From contig OZ260661.1 in the NCBI GenBank assembly GCA_965285935.1, forward strand, positions 132,184,001-132,248,000: a DNA stretch of 64,000 bases, read 5' to 3'. This DNA comes from Ophelia neglecta. Taxonomy: Eukaryota. Shown one piece after another: positions 13,138 through 26,535 of the stretch; positions within the stretch are counted from its first letter, which is position 1, and each line of letters opens with the position of its first letter. The notes below the pieces were generated by a model that saw only the letters and a program-made list of their open reading frames with translations, made no database searches and was not told where the DNA came from. The translations under genes were made by a program, and so were the position numbers.

Positions 13138-13370
13138 ATAACATTTGGGACGTGTTCTACATATCAGATTTAGCCGAGGTGGCAGAAAGGGTAGTGTCTA
13201 TGCGTCTGGTGCCTTCCGCCAATGTCTCTATCTCCACAACCACAGGTTTCGGCCCTCCCTGTTGTTCTCCGGCTTTCTGTTAACGGCGAAAGCGAAAGCT
13301 GCGGCGAAAGCAGCTGGGCCTACTAAAATGAGCTTGCATGATCACAGTAATAACCCTACCCTAACCCCCT
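13138..13370. repeat. Right copy of the 233-bp target-site duplication
   Basis: Identical to 11036-11268 and begins within the LINE (taa) tail. Confidence 0.95.
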
Positions 13371-13495
13371 TGTATCAAAAAGAAAACCGAGATGTTTGGG
13401 TAAGGGTTTGGCTATAAAATGACGGATATTATAAATAATTGCTCTACCAATGCTGCTTTCGCCACACCTTTCGCTTTCGCTGTTAACACAAAGCC
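13271..13495. mobile_element. MITE with GGC...GCC TIRs, 9-bp TSD and telomere-like core (Merlin/MULE-like)
   Basis: TIRs ggctttctgttaacggcgaaagcgaaagctgcggcgaaagcagc / gctgctttcgccacacctttcgctttcgctgttaacacaaagcc. Flanks ttgttctcc (13262-13270) and ttgttgtcc (13496-13504) match at 8/9. The interior has ccctaccctaacccc and gggtaagggttt. Confidence 0.8.
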
Positions 13496-13919
13496 TTGTT
13501 GTCCCTATAGGCGAATCGTCTTCCAGGCGAACTGACAGCAGAAGGCCGCGGCCTCCTTACGGTCAACACAAACACCATGGCACCAACACCCAGGTGCCCG
13601 AGATAACACTGGCTTTCACCTGGACATTTCCCAGACTCGAGGGAACTTATACATACTGTCTTCGAAACCATATTGACAGCTAGGAGAATACGGCCAGTCT
13701 AAGTCAGCCTCCCCCCATTGAGAAAGCGTCCTCTTAACATTAGGCCATCTCTCTCTATATGGTTGGTTGAGATATCAAAATGCACCAAATTTACTGCTTG
13801 TGTCCTTCTGTCACGTCTGAAACTTGTTACTGATCCCAGCAGATGGTTTCTGTGAGCTTTGACACCTTCGGACAGCTTCGCAAAGACGTCTTCGTCCTAG
13901 CTTCTTGTCTGGGTCCTTC

Positions 13920-14213
13920 CATATAAGGCTAGTTCGGGCATGCGCGGCGGTTTCGACCCCCCCCCCCCCCTGATCTCGGCATTTTAGAAACCCAATTTTG
14001 CGAAATAGGATATTATTATAGACCCCCTTATTCTAGACTCGATCCCTAGACCCCCAATTTGCAATATAGGGATCCCCAAGAGCCCCTTATTCTAGGGAAC
14101 TCTATTCTAGTGGGATCTTTTGACCCCATTTTTCTCATGGCAGCAGATCTTGTTGGTAGTTGCTGCGTCACACCCTCGCCCTATATTGGGCCTAGTAACC
14201 CCCCCCCCCCCCA
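13920..14213. mobile_element. Partial non-autonomous element with C-tract ends and 'gacccc(c)ttattctag' subrepeats
   Basis: Repeated gacccc/ttattctag motifs, ending in a poly-C run. It resembles the CCC/GGG-terminated repeat families common in marine invertebrates (recalled, not verified). Confidence 0.4.
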
Positions 14214-15589
14214 CCTCACCAACGGCTGTTTGCCGTCCTACCGGCCAGCAAACTGCCGTCTTTTGTCATTATTCAATGAAGCTTGGTCCTCTAGACGGCC
14301 TTCTCCATCCTCCTCTCCATAGCTGGTGTCTCTGTCAACCATTCAGCATCTCCAGAAGCTTTCTCGTTTTCTTCCTCCTCCTCACTTGACTCCCCCGACA
14401 AAAAAGTTCTGTCTTCTGAGCGAGGCTGCCGCAACACAACTCCAAGGGCACCGTGGTTAAAGGTGAAACCTGCAGAGCACTTTAGAACTTCAGAAGGCTT
14501 GGAAGTTGATGGGCTCTCCTGAATTCGTTGTAATTATGTATTCCGCCGGGTTTTCACGACATTGCTCCCCTTGAGAACTGGTATTTTGCTTATTTTTTAC
14601 ATTTTCAAGTGGATTTTGCTTTAAAAAAGAACAACGGTTTGGCTGGGCATTTTCCAATGGGGTGAAGGAGTGTGGGAGGGGGGGGGGGATTCTTAGCCAT
14701 CGGCCTTGGTTAATCAGGAGCAGCCCGGAGTTCGGGATAATTTTTTCCTTGGGCATCTTTCCAAAAGTGAAAAATACTTTGGGGTTTGTGGGTGGCTGGT
14801 GGGGGCTTTCCTACAAAATATCTCGCCAACAGAGCAATATTTCCCTTGCAATAGAATGGCTCTTCTTATATTCTCTACCCAGTGTTGAATAGAAGTTACT
14901 CGGCTTAAAAACTCGTCCTGAATTCGTCATTTGTCTCTGTCCCATATCTTTTTGAATGAATCTTCTTATTCGGGGTAATTTTATAAACATAGTATTTTTT
15001 CCCTGGTTCTGACTCCCCCGTGACGCCAGCTGTAGCCGCTAGGCTGTTATTGCTGGACGCCCCTTGGTGTAGGGGTTCAAAACAAACAATATAATACTAA
15101 ACGCAACATTACATTCAAAATAATGTAGCAATATTAAAATCTATAAACAAATAAGGAAATATGCGAAGACTAACAACAATTCACACTGGCATAAGCAATA
15201 TTAAAACCATCAATAGCATTTTTATTAATCTGAAGACCATGATGTCATTCAAAATTGATTATCAAGCGCGAAATTATCATGGATGGCATATTTCCATGGT
15301 GCATTGAAAGCAAATGGTTTGGTCTTTACATAATACACGCTGGTCTATTCATAGAGTTCATTACTGACGGGTCAGAATTAATGCATATAAAATGGGACTC
15401 ACTTTCTGAAAAGAGTGTTTTGGTTGCTTGTTGTTCTTCCAAGAACGTTCTTTGAAGCTGTGATGATTATCAGAAAATGGGTGTTTTATAGACATGTAAG
15501 ACTAGTTAAACACGATTTTTGATAGTTGACTATTTGCATTAGTGTGTCAATAACGGGTATATTCTTACAATACGATTTCCCCTGTTATT

Positions 15590-15900
15590 GTACATTCCTG
15601 CATACGAACGATTCGTCACGCAGCGCGTGTGAGCGCTCCGTCTGGCCGCTTATTAATCCTGGACATCTCACGACTTTCCCGTCGGCGGAGTGATATCCAT
15701 GCCACGGCACCGTCTTTCATCCGTAATCTTCGGACACTACACAAACAAACGCAGAATTCACTAAGAATAATATCAGAATCGGACAGTCGGCAAATCAATA
15801 AGAAAGTCTGGGGGGCTTTTGGTATAATCTTGTTTGAAGCCATAGCACGCTCATTTGGATGCTTAAATTTTTCATTACGCGTTGCATAAATAATTCGTTC
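15590..15900 (-). pseudogene. Decayed THAP-domain fragment (DNA transposon relic)
   Basis: Minus-strand translation has KFKHP near the start and RRLRMKDGAVAWI, resembling the THAP C-terminal 'LK..AVPTI' box, followed by an Arg-rich stretch. The Cys/His ligands are not clearly preserved. Confidence 0.35.
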
Positions 15901-16959
15901 ATACTAAGCACGCTTTTCAACGTGTTATCAATGAAGAAACATAACAAGTCAATAAATCAACTGTCAGCAGCTTCAATTGCGCGTTTAAAATTCTAAGCTT
16001 GCTACCAGTCTTTGGCAAATATTTAATGGTGGCCGAATTTTTCGATTTATGTGCCTGTTCTGCTTCCATTTGCGTTTTTCTTGGAACGAAAACTGCAAAG
16101 GAATATATATTAGGTTGGTAGTCCTAATGTGGTGTATCCATCCTCGAATGCTAGGCGGCGGGGTTTCTCGAGAGCATAAATTAATTCGGCACAAAGACTT
16201 CACGGTTTTTATGTGTGACAATATTTAGGATTCGGCGAAGGGGAGTTTATTTTGCCCCCTCTAGAGCGAGAAGCAGCAGTTGGTGTTTTATTCTAATTGA
16301 ACATATATTTACAAACGTTTATATTAGTGGAATCAAAATAGTAGGTGGGTGGGGGGGGGGGGGAGGGGGGTTCCCCGCACATCATTTTATCAACTTTTTA
16401 ATAACGCATCTAAAAGCCGAAAAATGAATCGCCCCTCTGTGAGTTAGGCAACAAAATTACCCCACCCCTAACACCGACGAGGTTTTTGTTTAAAAAAAAA
16501 GGTCATTCCCTCAGGAAAAGAGAAATATCTGTGGCCGTTTTTGGCAGGTATATGGTTTTTTTTAACAATATCAGCCTCTCTTTTCTTCGTCCGAATTGAT
16601 TGGTGTTTTAGTGACTATGTCAGGAGCTTTCGCTTTCTATGTCACGCAAGTGTACACCATAGTATGGTCAGTGTAGACTGGTTCCAAGCTGCATATTTAG
16701 CAGGTTTAATATTTAACATGGTCAAGGGTATAGCATAGACTAGCGTGTTTAATTTAATATATATCAAGCTTTATGCCAAACAATTATAAATAAAACGATT
16801 TATCCCCGTTTTGATTCAATGTAATATAAACATGTTGCAGACATTTATCCACCAAACATGAGCTCCGCAAGTTATGTCTGTTGCTAGGGTGGTCACCATG
16901 GCTACACCAATGTGGTATCATACAGTTCCATGTTCCTGTGGCTCCTTGACGGAACCAGC

Positions 16960-17700
16960 ACGTCCCTCTTTTGATGACATTGAGTTGTTTGAGGAAGCGG
17001 CCTAAACAATCTCTCGCCTTGAGCAGCTCCTGTAACCGCGCGCCACTGGGGGTCATCTCATAATAGAAATCGATAAATCTATAACGTATGTGATCAAGGG
17101 AACATACCAGAACATGGATGTAATCCATCGCCAGCATCTTCACAAATTTCACGCCGGTCTTGTTCTAACAATTCTGCGCCTTTAAGCGTATTGGTATCAC
17201 GAACCAAATAGAAATTTCTCAGCCTGGATTTGAGTATTTCCCTATCATTGTTTGGTATTAATTACTAAAATGTCAAGCTCCTTCCGTATAAACTTTGTTC
17301 ATACACAGGTAACTGTATGAAATACACGTACTATATAGGCCCCTACAACATATTGAATGCCGGATAAGAGGTTATGTTTAAAGGATACGCCTTAACCGCG
17401 TCCATGAACCACTCATTCGTGTTCACGTCTTGCGATACCCAAAACTGAGAAACACCATACTTATTGAGAGCTTTCTTCACTCCCATACACTACTGAACTT
17501 ATACTACTTACACCCAGTGGTATACGCAATTACTAATAAATCGGCGATTGTTTGAGAAGAACTCTTATTAAATCCCAATACTAAATCCATTCTGGCCAAT
17601 TTCTAGTTATAGCCCTGTTTCGTTACACTTGAAATCAGAAAATAGGCTTTTTTAAATCCTGTAAAAATTGAGTACCAATTATGTTAACTTCGGGTTATCA
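16960..17700 (-). mobile_element. Decayed 3' end of a LINE ORF2 (frameshifted)
   Basis: Fragments VYGVKKALNKYGVSQFWVSQDVNTNEWFMDAVK, CEICEDAGD and HVLVCSLDHIRYRFIDFYYEMTPSGARLQELL are typical of the C-terminal CCHC region of RTEX/Daphne-type LINEs. Confidence 0.6.
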
Positions 17701-17719
17701 CAAGATGGGAGCGTACACT

Positions 17720-19290
17720 GCAGGGGAAATAACGAAGTGTAACTGGTTAACATTTAAAAGAAATACGTTTTACATGATGAAATATTGCAATTAAAAGATA
17801 AATCATTTTACAAAAACGTCACAGACAATACAGATAAAATAATAAAAAACAAAATTGTCAGCTAGGTATAAAGCAACAATTAAATCGTGAATTCACCTGT
17901 AAGAAGCTTATTAAGACAAAAGGTTGCTACAACCATGACAGTTATTTGAATTTGTGTTCAAAAATAACGTGCCTTACACGGTCTATAAAAACACAGTAGT
18001 TGTGTTTGCTGCCCGCAATTCACTGGGGAGACAATTCCAAAGGTTTGGAGCTTGGTTTTCAAAAGATTTATTAGAGAAATTACGTCGAATTTCATATGGC
18101 ACAAGCTTATAAGTCACACTGTCTCTGGTAAACATATCGTGAGACGCTCAGACAGAGGTAATTTTATCAGATAGATAATCGGGCCATATATACATTTATA
18201 TGAAAGAAGTGATGTAAAATAGTCCCGTCGTTGCCTTATTGTCATAATACCGAGACTTTGAAGAAGGCCAGATGCGCTCGTATTACAATCAAAAATGCGA
18301 GTTATACACCGAGCAGCTCTATTTTGCATGCTCTGTACCCTATCAACATTTGACTCTGTGAAATAACCACAGATTGTTATACAATAATCAAAGTGCGGTT
18401 GTATTTTAGATTTATAAATTGTTACAAGAGTTTCCCGGCTCACCCTGTGGCGCCACCTATGCAAAACACCTATCTTAGGTGACACCCTTTGGCAAAGAAG
18501 GTTAATATGAGATTCCCAACCTAGAGTTTCATCGAGAGTGCATCCAAGATATTTAGTTCTGCGCACACATTCCACAGGGCTATCCTGAATGTAAATTGAG
18601 AGATCATTAGACCAGTCCACTTTATAAGAAGTACCAATTTTCATCCTACAGCAATTTGTTGGTATGACTGTTAAGTGATTGGAATCAAACCATCTTCGTC
18701 ATAACTGTCTCTCATTATATAAAGAGCATCTTGTCATCAGCCAAAATGTTACGAAAAGCATGTTTTACTGAAAAGGGCAGGTCATTAATGAACAATAAAA
18801 ATAAGATTGGACCCAAGACAGAACCTTCTGGTACTCCACAGTATATTTCCAAGAACGGAGAGAGTGTACCATTAATAAGAACAGCTTTTTTACGCTTATT
18901 TGAATAACTGCTGAACCATGAGTGGACATTTTTTTCTTAAACCATAATGTTCCACCTTTTCAAGAAGAATAGTATGGTCAATAGTATCAAAGCATTTTTG
19001 TAGATCAAAACGAAGATTCCCGCAACCAGGTCATCGTTTACACCATCAAACAATTCAATTAGGACTCTATGTAGTAAAGTTTCTGTGGAGTAATGTTTCC
19101 TCTAAGCCGATTGGTCAGAGCAAATAAAATCTTGGCCCACGTGATATTCTTTTAACTGTTTTTGGACAGTTCTTAAAAGTAATTTGGCAATATGTGGAAT
19201 TACGGAAATAGGCCTATAATTATCAGGTGAATCTCTGGGGCCTTTATTTTTATAAATAGGGGAAACGCGGGCAGATTTCCAATCGTATTC
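17720..19290 (-). mobile_element. Decayed CR1/L2-group (Crack-like) LINE, 5' truncated, with stops and frameshifts
   Basis: Motifs WKSARVSPIYK..DNYRPISVIPHIAK, QSA*RKHYSTET, DLQKCFDTIDH, GVPEGSVLGPILFLLFINDLP, ADD, KYLG, YKSKIQPHFDYC and QNRAAR. Confidence 0.9.
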
Positions 19291-22200
19291 ATGTTGATAT
19301 TCTTGATATATCACTCCTCGTCCGATTGTATTTTGTATGCATCGCAGTTGAGTCTTTAGAACTGTTAATCTAGTTTTTAGGTTTCTTTTTAAAACAACTA
19401 GAGTACTTAGACCTTTCATTTTCTAACCTACCTACATAAGCCATAATTAAATGTGTCATTAATGTATTGAGTCACATGACATTACTTTGAAACATCACAG
19501 AGTACGAGATCGGTACAAACCATGGGTAAATGCTGACATCATATACCAAATGTATGAACGTGACAAATTGCATGACATGGCCGTGAAATTAAGTGTCCGA
19601 TTTTAATGAACCAGTACAGAGATTTAAGAAACAAAATTACAGCGAATATTACAACACTCATGACAGTACCCATCGAGCGTCAAGTCAATGAAAATAAATT
19701 TAATCAATAGCGCATGTTTGCAAACCCTCCGTCAGATTATCGGCACTAGTTAAGATAAGACACCATTACCAAATAATTTACATGCCACTAAATTAAACAA
19801 ATTCTCTGCTTATATTGGTAATAACTACCTCAATTTAACTCTTTGTATTTGAATCGAACCTAAATACCTCAGATGTTTCAATTCTGGTTTTTATAAAAAC
19901 TTTATGTTATTTTTTTGTCATGCACATCTTGTTTAAATGCATTCTTTTTGGGGTATACTGTATAATGTATGTCTCACAGACTTCATGTTGGCAATGAGCT
20001 CTTATCTAGTGAGGCACGGCAACCTTCGGCTATACAAAAATATCTGCTATGGAATACACCCAGGGGCGCTTGTAACAACTCTTAAGATAAAACGAATGCT
20101 GGTAGGCCGATGCATTGGTTACGTCTGACAAAGAGGAAGTGTAATAGACACTGCCTCCCCCTGGGAGAAATGGATTACACCTGCCGCCCTGGGGAAGAAA
20201 CCAGCCACCCCACATCATGAAGACGCTATCTTGTGTGACACAGGCCAATTATGTTGGCCCTAAAAGGACCTTGAAGACCCCAAATCCGACCATGAATATA
20301 ACGTTACCTGATACATAATGGCTATGAAGCACAACAATGGCAGGTCGTTCGCCACCACCTTGGCCGGCGTGACGGTAAAAAGGGCCCCTCAGCGCCACAG
20401 CATCAAACTTTCATGAAATCATGTTACGTAGCACTGCCGGTAAGACTCTACGGCGTATGAATAACCTAATCCGATTAAGCGCGCAAGGATAATGATGTTA
20501 GCCGGTCACTAGGGACGCAGGACCGGCTTACTACGCGCCATGAAGGCCATGGTTAGAAGAGGAACCCACTCATATCGGTGGGCGATAATCAGGGATGATG
20601 GACTTAAGAAGAATAAAGGTGACAAAAAGGAGGCAGACACCACACAACTCTTCTTGTTTTAAGAACATTTTTATCCATGTTGTGTGAAAAGTGCCACGAT
20701 GTCAGTATATTTTCTTTGTACTTAAAACGGGATTTGAGCAGGATGTTGCTAATGCGTATCAATAGAACATTCGGAATTCAACTGTAGACTGAGTTTGTCT
20801 ACTGTGCGGTTACGTAATAACTGCTTCGTTTAGTCGTCTGGCTTTCTCCATGAGATACATATTTCTAACGGGCATCTGTGGTTCATTCTATTAATGACCC
20901 ATAATCAATATCGGTAAATATTCTTGTCAGATTTCAAAAAAAGGACGCGAAGAATATCGATTATTAAATTCATTTATACTGATGGAATTGGTAAGAGTGG
21001 ATATAGAAAACAGGGATCTGATGTTTTCAAAAAAATGTACTCAATGTAATTAAACCACCAATAAATACCTGGGGGGGGGGGAGGTTACTAAATGATTACT
21101 TTCGAATTGAAAACACTTTTTTCTTCTATTTATCTTGTCGTATACATGAATTTTCCGTCCATGTTTGTCGTGCAACAAACGAAATTTGTTTACAAGCTTC
21201 GCCCCTAGCAAACTATCTTTTCACAATAGTTTGAAAAACAGAATTTTTATTTCAGATATAGTCATCGCATTTTTTCTTCAAATATTTCCGCTCGCTATGA
21301 CCACATCCCTTATGCATTCCAACTGTAAAAATTTCCACTCAGTACCCAGCAGGAGGATACAAATATGGTCTGTTTAAATTTATGCGTTATTCTGTAACGT
21401 ATTCAATGTACTTCATGCAATGCTTTTGTTGTTTCCAAAATATTGTGTTTATTGTTTTCTTGTCCATTCCATTCGATTAGAAAATAGAAAAAATCTTGCA
21501 ATTCAACGTTTATCACATGATGAGGAAGGATTTCTATTTATACGACATGAATATACTCCAAAACTTGCTAAACCTAACACGAAACAGACTGTTCGTTGGT
21601 ATGTGGATTAACCTGAGCCATTTTGATAGCTGCCCACAAAATGCGTGTGGATACACGGCAGATTGAGCGTTCTTTTTTCAAGAAAAGTGCATTAAATCGA
21701 CCCAGAATCATCCCTAACCGTCAGCTGCAGGCACATAAAAACAAGTACCCCGGTTTCATGAAATCCATAAATGAACTTGTAATGAATTAAAGTCTAAGTT
21801 TGAGACCCAGCTAATGCCGAAAAGGATGACAAAAGGATATCCACAAAGGGTACCTTGGGCTCCAGAAAATTTCAGGAGGAGAATTTCCATTGACTAAATC
21901 TATAAATATGTCTTATATGACATAACATACCTCCTGAAACTGGGGGCCTGCCGCTTACGGTTGCTGGTGATTTTCGGATCGATATAATACACACCTCTCT
22001 TTTATTGATATCGCGTTTTCTGCCGAGTGTCCAGTCCAGTTTTATCCCCCAAGTGTTTTCGATCAATCAAATGGAGAGGAAGACATGTTAAAAGGAGGAG
22101 GAAAGACTGGCGCGAATTTTACATACTTGCTGAATTAGAAATTACTCATTAATTACTATTCCATGGGCAATGCACAGATTTGTTTGTTTTCTGGTCTGAC

Positions 22201-25200
22201 TCGCGTAGTGGAAAACTTTGGACCAATTCTCATTGCAAGAGTTCGATATATTTTAACACTGTCGTCAGTGTCCAAAGAAAAACGGGAGTGGACACCCGTA
22301 ACCCAGGGCTAATTCATTCAACAGATGTAAATAATAAAGTCGGTCTGAAATCTCCAAGAACCACCAGCTGAAGGCCCACAAACACGAATCGGCAACAGCC
22401 CAAATGTAGATAAGCTTGTAATACAATTGTCTTCTTCTAAGATCGCAGAGGTTTTCAAAACAATATTACACTGATAACACGTTTTTAACGACCATGAGCC
22501 TGAAAAATACTACATGTATATTAATAGAATTCTTTTTTATAAAGCTTGGACTATGCAATAAATAATTATTTAACCATAGAAAATGTTCTTTTAGGCAGTT
22601 AACTGATAGGGGATATTTCTATTATATTCGCCGATACCCGCTTGGTTGCTGTATCAAAAGTTGGATTTTGCATATAGATCCATAGCTATATGTAAATTGC
22701 ATACGCCTTATCCGTAAATACGTCATTGAGAAATACTAGTTTAAATCAGTGTCGGAAAAATTCAATAATTAACTTACATCTATCGTGTTTTCAAAGCATC
22801 CTGCATAATTGTTGGCTGTTGCAATTATCTGAGGGAATACAAGCATTCAAACTCGCATAAAAACTAGGCATACATACCCAAGGGATATACCCGGATAATG
22901 AAAGGGACAAAATCTATCTAGAAACTGGTAGGCTAAGAACAATAACAAAAAATGTTTTGCGACAGTATTGGTGAAGTTGTATCTAGATGTATAAATGCTA
23001 ATCCATATATGATGTGAGAACAGATGAGACTTAAATGGCATAAAGTCACGTAATCTTTAGTTTGGTAAATTATTAGCTACCTTCTAAACGTATGATCTTA
23101 ACCTAATATCACACCTGTCTTATTTTGGGGTAATATTTATAGTTACGTGCCGCAGTGACCACGATTGTAACTATCTTCTAACCAGAATGGACTATTGAAC
23201 CCCCCATCCTACCTTTACCTTTGAGTATTGGGGGTCAACCTTACTATTCGGCATGTCTTCGGTATTCGCGTTATATATGTCCTTGTATTGAGTTCCTTTT
23301 TGTTTCTGTATCTTTTGTTCTGTTGTATTGAAAACGCAATCGGACAATAAACAAATTTGGGTTGAAAACCATGCTCCTCAGAATATACCGACACTGTATA
23401 ATGTAAAACTAATACCCTTACCATCCATGACCCACATATCTCACCTGGGTCGGCTAGTTATTATACATGCAACGGTTTGGTAAATGTACATGATGCGACA
23501 TTTAATGAATGAAAACAATTCCCATTAAAACTCGTCACAAACTCCATAGGCATCTCACAATTTCAATGTGCCTAATTCAATTACTATAACAGGGTGGAGA
23601 AGGGGGTTATTGCCACAGCTTCTCACTTTACGAACTATGCCGCCAGGGTGAGCCAAAGGATAGTTCAATATACTACTACTCTTTTAACCAGTTCCCAACT
23701 AATATAGAGCAGCATACATAGCCCAATCCTGATTTGCCGTTCAGTGTTGATACTTGACTACTTAAATGCAACATAGCCAATGTACTGGAGCGAGTAGTAG
23801 GTCACACTGATGTACAAGCAACCGCTAAGTCTTTAAAACATTTATACCCATCAAACGAGCTCAAATCTAAGGCGTGTTGTAGAAGGCAATCACCTTTTGA
23901 GGTCGCCTATTAAAAATGCTGACCCATCCAAATACTAAATGCTTCGAAAAGTGTAGCCATTGAACCAGCGCACCCCTGCACTCGGCGAATGCAAAGTACC
24001 CCTTCCAGGGCAAAGCCAACCTGGCCCTGCTCCCCCCTCCCGCACTCCCCCCCCCCCCCACACACACATTCCCACCTCCCTAAACCCAACCTCACCACAC
24101 CAACTCATTGAACACTACAAAAAAACCCTAGCATCGTGTCAGAACTGCCCCCAACTAACGTCCAACCGGTGTCAGAATAATATGGGCCACCACGACTTCG
24201 GTGCCATAAGTACAAGCATTTTACCATACTCACTACTGGTAGGTAACTATAGGCTACAAACACAAGCACTAAGCTTGGAGCATCCTGTCAGCGGCAAAAT
24301 ATAATGTCACAAACTATTGATACTTTTGTTCTAAATTTGTTAGGTGTTAAAGCCATAATACTTATACTATATATCTCGCAGACTAAAACAGGATCGTTTG
24401 TATATCAATGGGTCTTATTGGTAGTGGCATATTATCCGATTTGATGCACGTTTAAAGGCGAAAAAATACTCTCAATTTGACCATTGACACAAATATCAAC
24501 TTTTACATTTGCTTAACAGAATACGATCTCACTGTATACAAAATTGTAAAAAACGTGAAAACTCAAAGTTGCTTGATATTTTTTTGAAGGACATTATTCC
24601 ATTAGGCCAGTAATTGCTCCGTCAAAGAATAATTGTTAGAAAGGAGCAAAATGGAAACTCATGAACGAGCACGCTTTCCTTAGGAAAATGAACATTACAG
24701 GACGGCTGGATCTGACAAAATATGTGTGCATCAAATTGTGTTGCATGCTGATGTATTTATTCCTTATACAAATAAATGAAACAATGGTCTCTTGGTGCAC
24801 CTCTGGTATGTGTATCTTATCGGTTAATTAAAACCGTAGTCATTTAAAGACACATAAAATTTTATGAAAGAGAAGCGTGTTCCTCCACATTTGTTTCTCT
24901 TTATTAGCCTCTCAGTTCTTCTTGAGCTCTGCTTTTACGGTTCAATGGTTGATGTTGTCATGGTCTTTAAGTAGTATTATATTTGAAAATCTCTTGTATC
25001 TTCCATTACAAATAGTAGTACATAAGCGAATTGTGGCTACAAATACTTGTAATTCATATTTTTTAAGCGGGTTGGCATATGCCACAAGCGGTTATTTCAG
25101 AAAGGTACGCAATATTTTCAAGAGAAGACATCTTGGCACAACTTCAACATTTTAGGATGGAATTCAAGAATTAATTTAGTCAATTTCGGCACCTCACATT

Positions 25201-26535
25201 TATACAATCGATTACTTCAATTAATTCATTTTTCATCCAAGCTCGACCATCATTGTATATGAAAAATAATTTTTAGAAATTTCATAAACTTAGGTTTTGC
25301 TTCTCGGCATGGAAAGTCTCACAGTCAAGACTCTTGCATCAGCTTCATTGACCTTATTGGCCGCGGGTTGCCTAAATTGATTACGTGCTGAGCGTTAAAT
25401 AAACAAAGGTTGAGCTATAGAAAATACGAACACACTCACCCCCAAATTCACGAAATAGTTCTGACATAATGTATTTCTTTAGCATTTAAATAGTATATTT
25501 CATATCCCTTTTTATTATGTTTTGGATGATGGGCCGCCTTGTATCGTGTTTATTTTATTTTTTTGTTTTATCTCTGATAACAATATTTCTGGTAGTACGG
25601 TTGGAAATGCTTGTCTAAAAAACGAGACGCCTGCCTAGACGTATCTAATCAATGAAGAACTACGATAATCTTGCTTTAAATAGCACTGCTTATTATTTCT
25701 TGTTTTCAATTAACAATCCGGTAAATGGTATTAAACGGAGACATTCAGGACACATATCAGGGAAATTATCAATTAATCAACTTAAGATATGTTTATAAAC
25801 TCGCAAAGCAGATAATGTTTATTTCCATGTTTACTGATGTGTCATGCCTTACGACTTTTTTTAAGAGGTGTAAAGCCCGAGCCATAAAGGTTTCTTTATG
25901 TGGTACATGTTCACTCATGATAACATTCAAACCGGCGTAGACTCTTTAACATGACACAGGGTGTGTATATATTACTCGTGGTGATATTGAGAACCACTTG
26001 CATAACGTTTAATGACACACGTTTAACAAATTATCACATCGTAAAATTCGAAAGTCTCAACAATAACAACAACAAAATGATCTTATAGTTTGCGAAATAT
26101 AACAACAGCTGGTAGTATTCGGACCATTGAGCCTCCTCCACAGCTTTCAATGTGAATGTCCCCCCATGCCACTTTTGAGAGTAGTAATAATAGTAATTAT
26201 CCTCGGAGCAGGCTCTACTACTTTCTCATCCGCCGCTACCATTATTCCATGACGTGTCTTGTTTGGTCAGCTGATGGCTTGACCATTTGCTCATTTTGAT
26301 ATTAGAGCGCATTAAGCAGATGTCAATGTCGTAGGCAAGAGTCAGTTCTTTAATGTTTAAGTTTTGTCGGATTTCAAAGAACTTATGTGGTTGTTTACAT
26401 CAACATCAATATTAGACAACAACAATCTGCAGGTTATTATATACAAATACAGGCACTTCACTCATAATCAATAGCACTGATTAGTAGGTAATTATATCAA
26501 ATCCAGGTATCCATCTTGAATCTAGATGCTTAAGG

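Noticed and set aside
11036-13370. LTR retrotransposon interpretation of the direct repeats
   Set aside because: No TG...CA ends, PBS or PPT. The RT is non-LTR type with a TAA tail, and the repeat contains half of an unrelated MITE.
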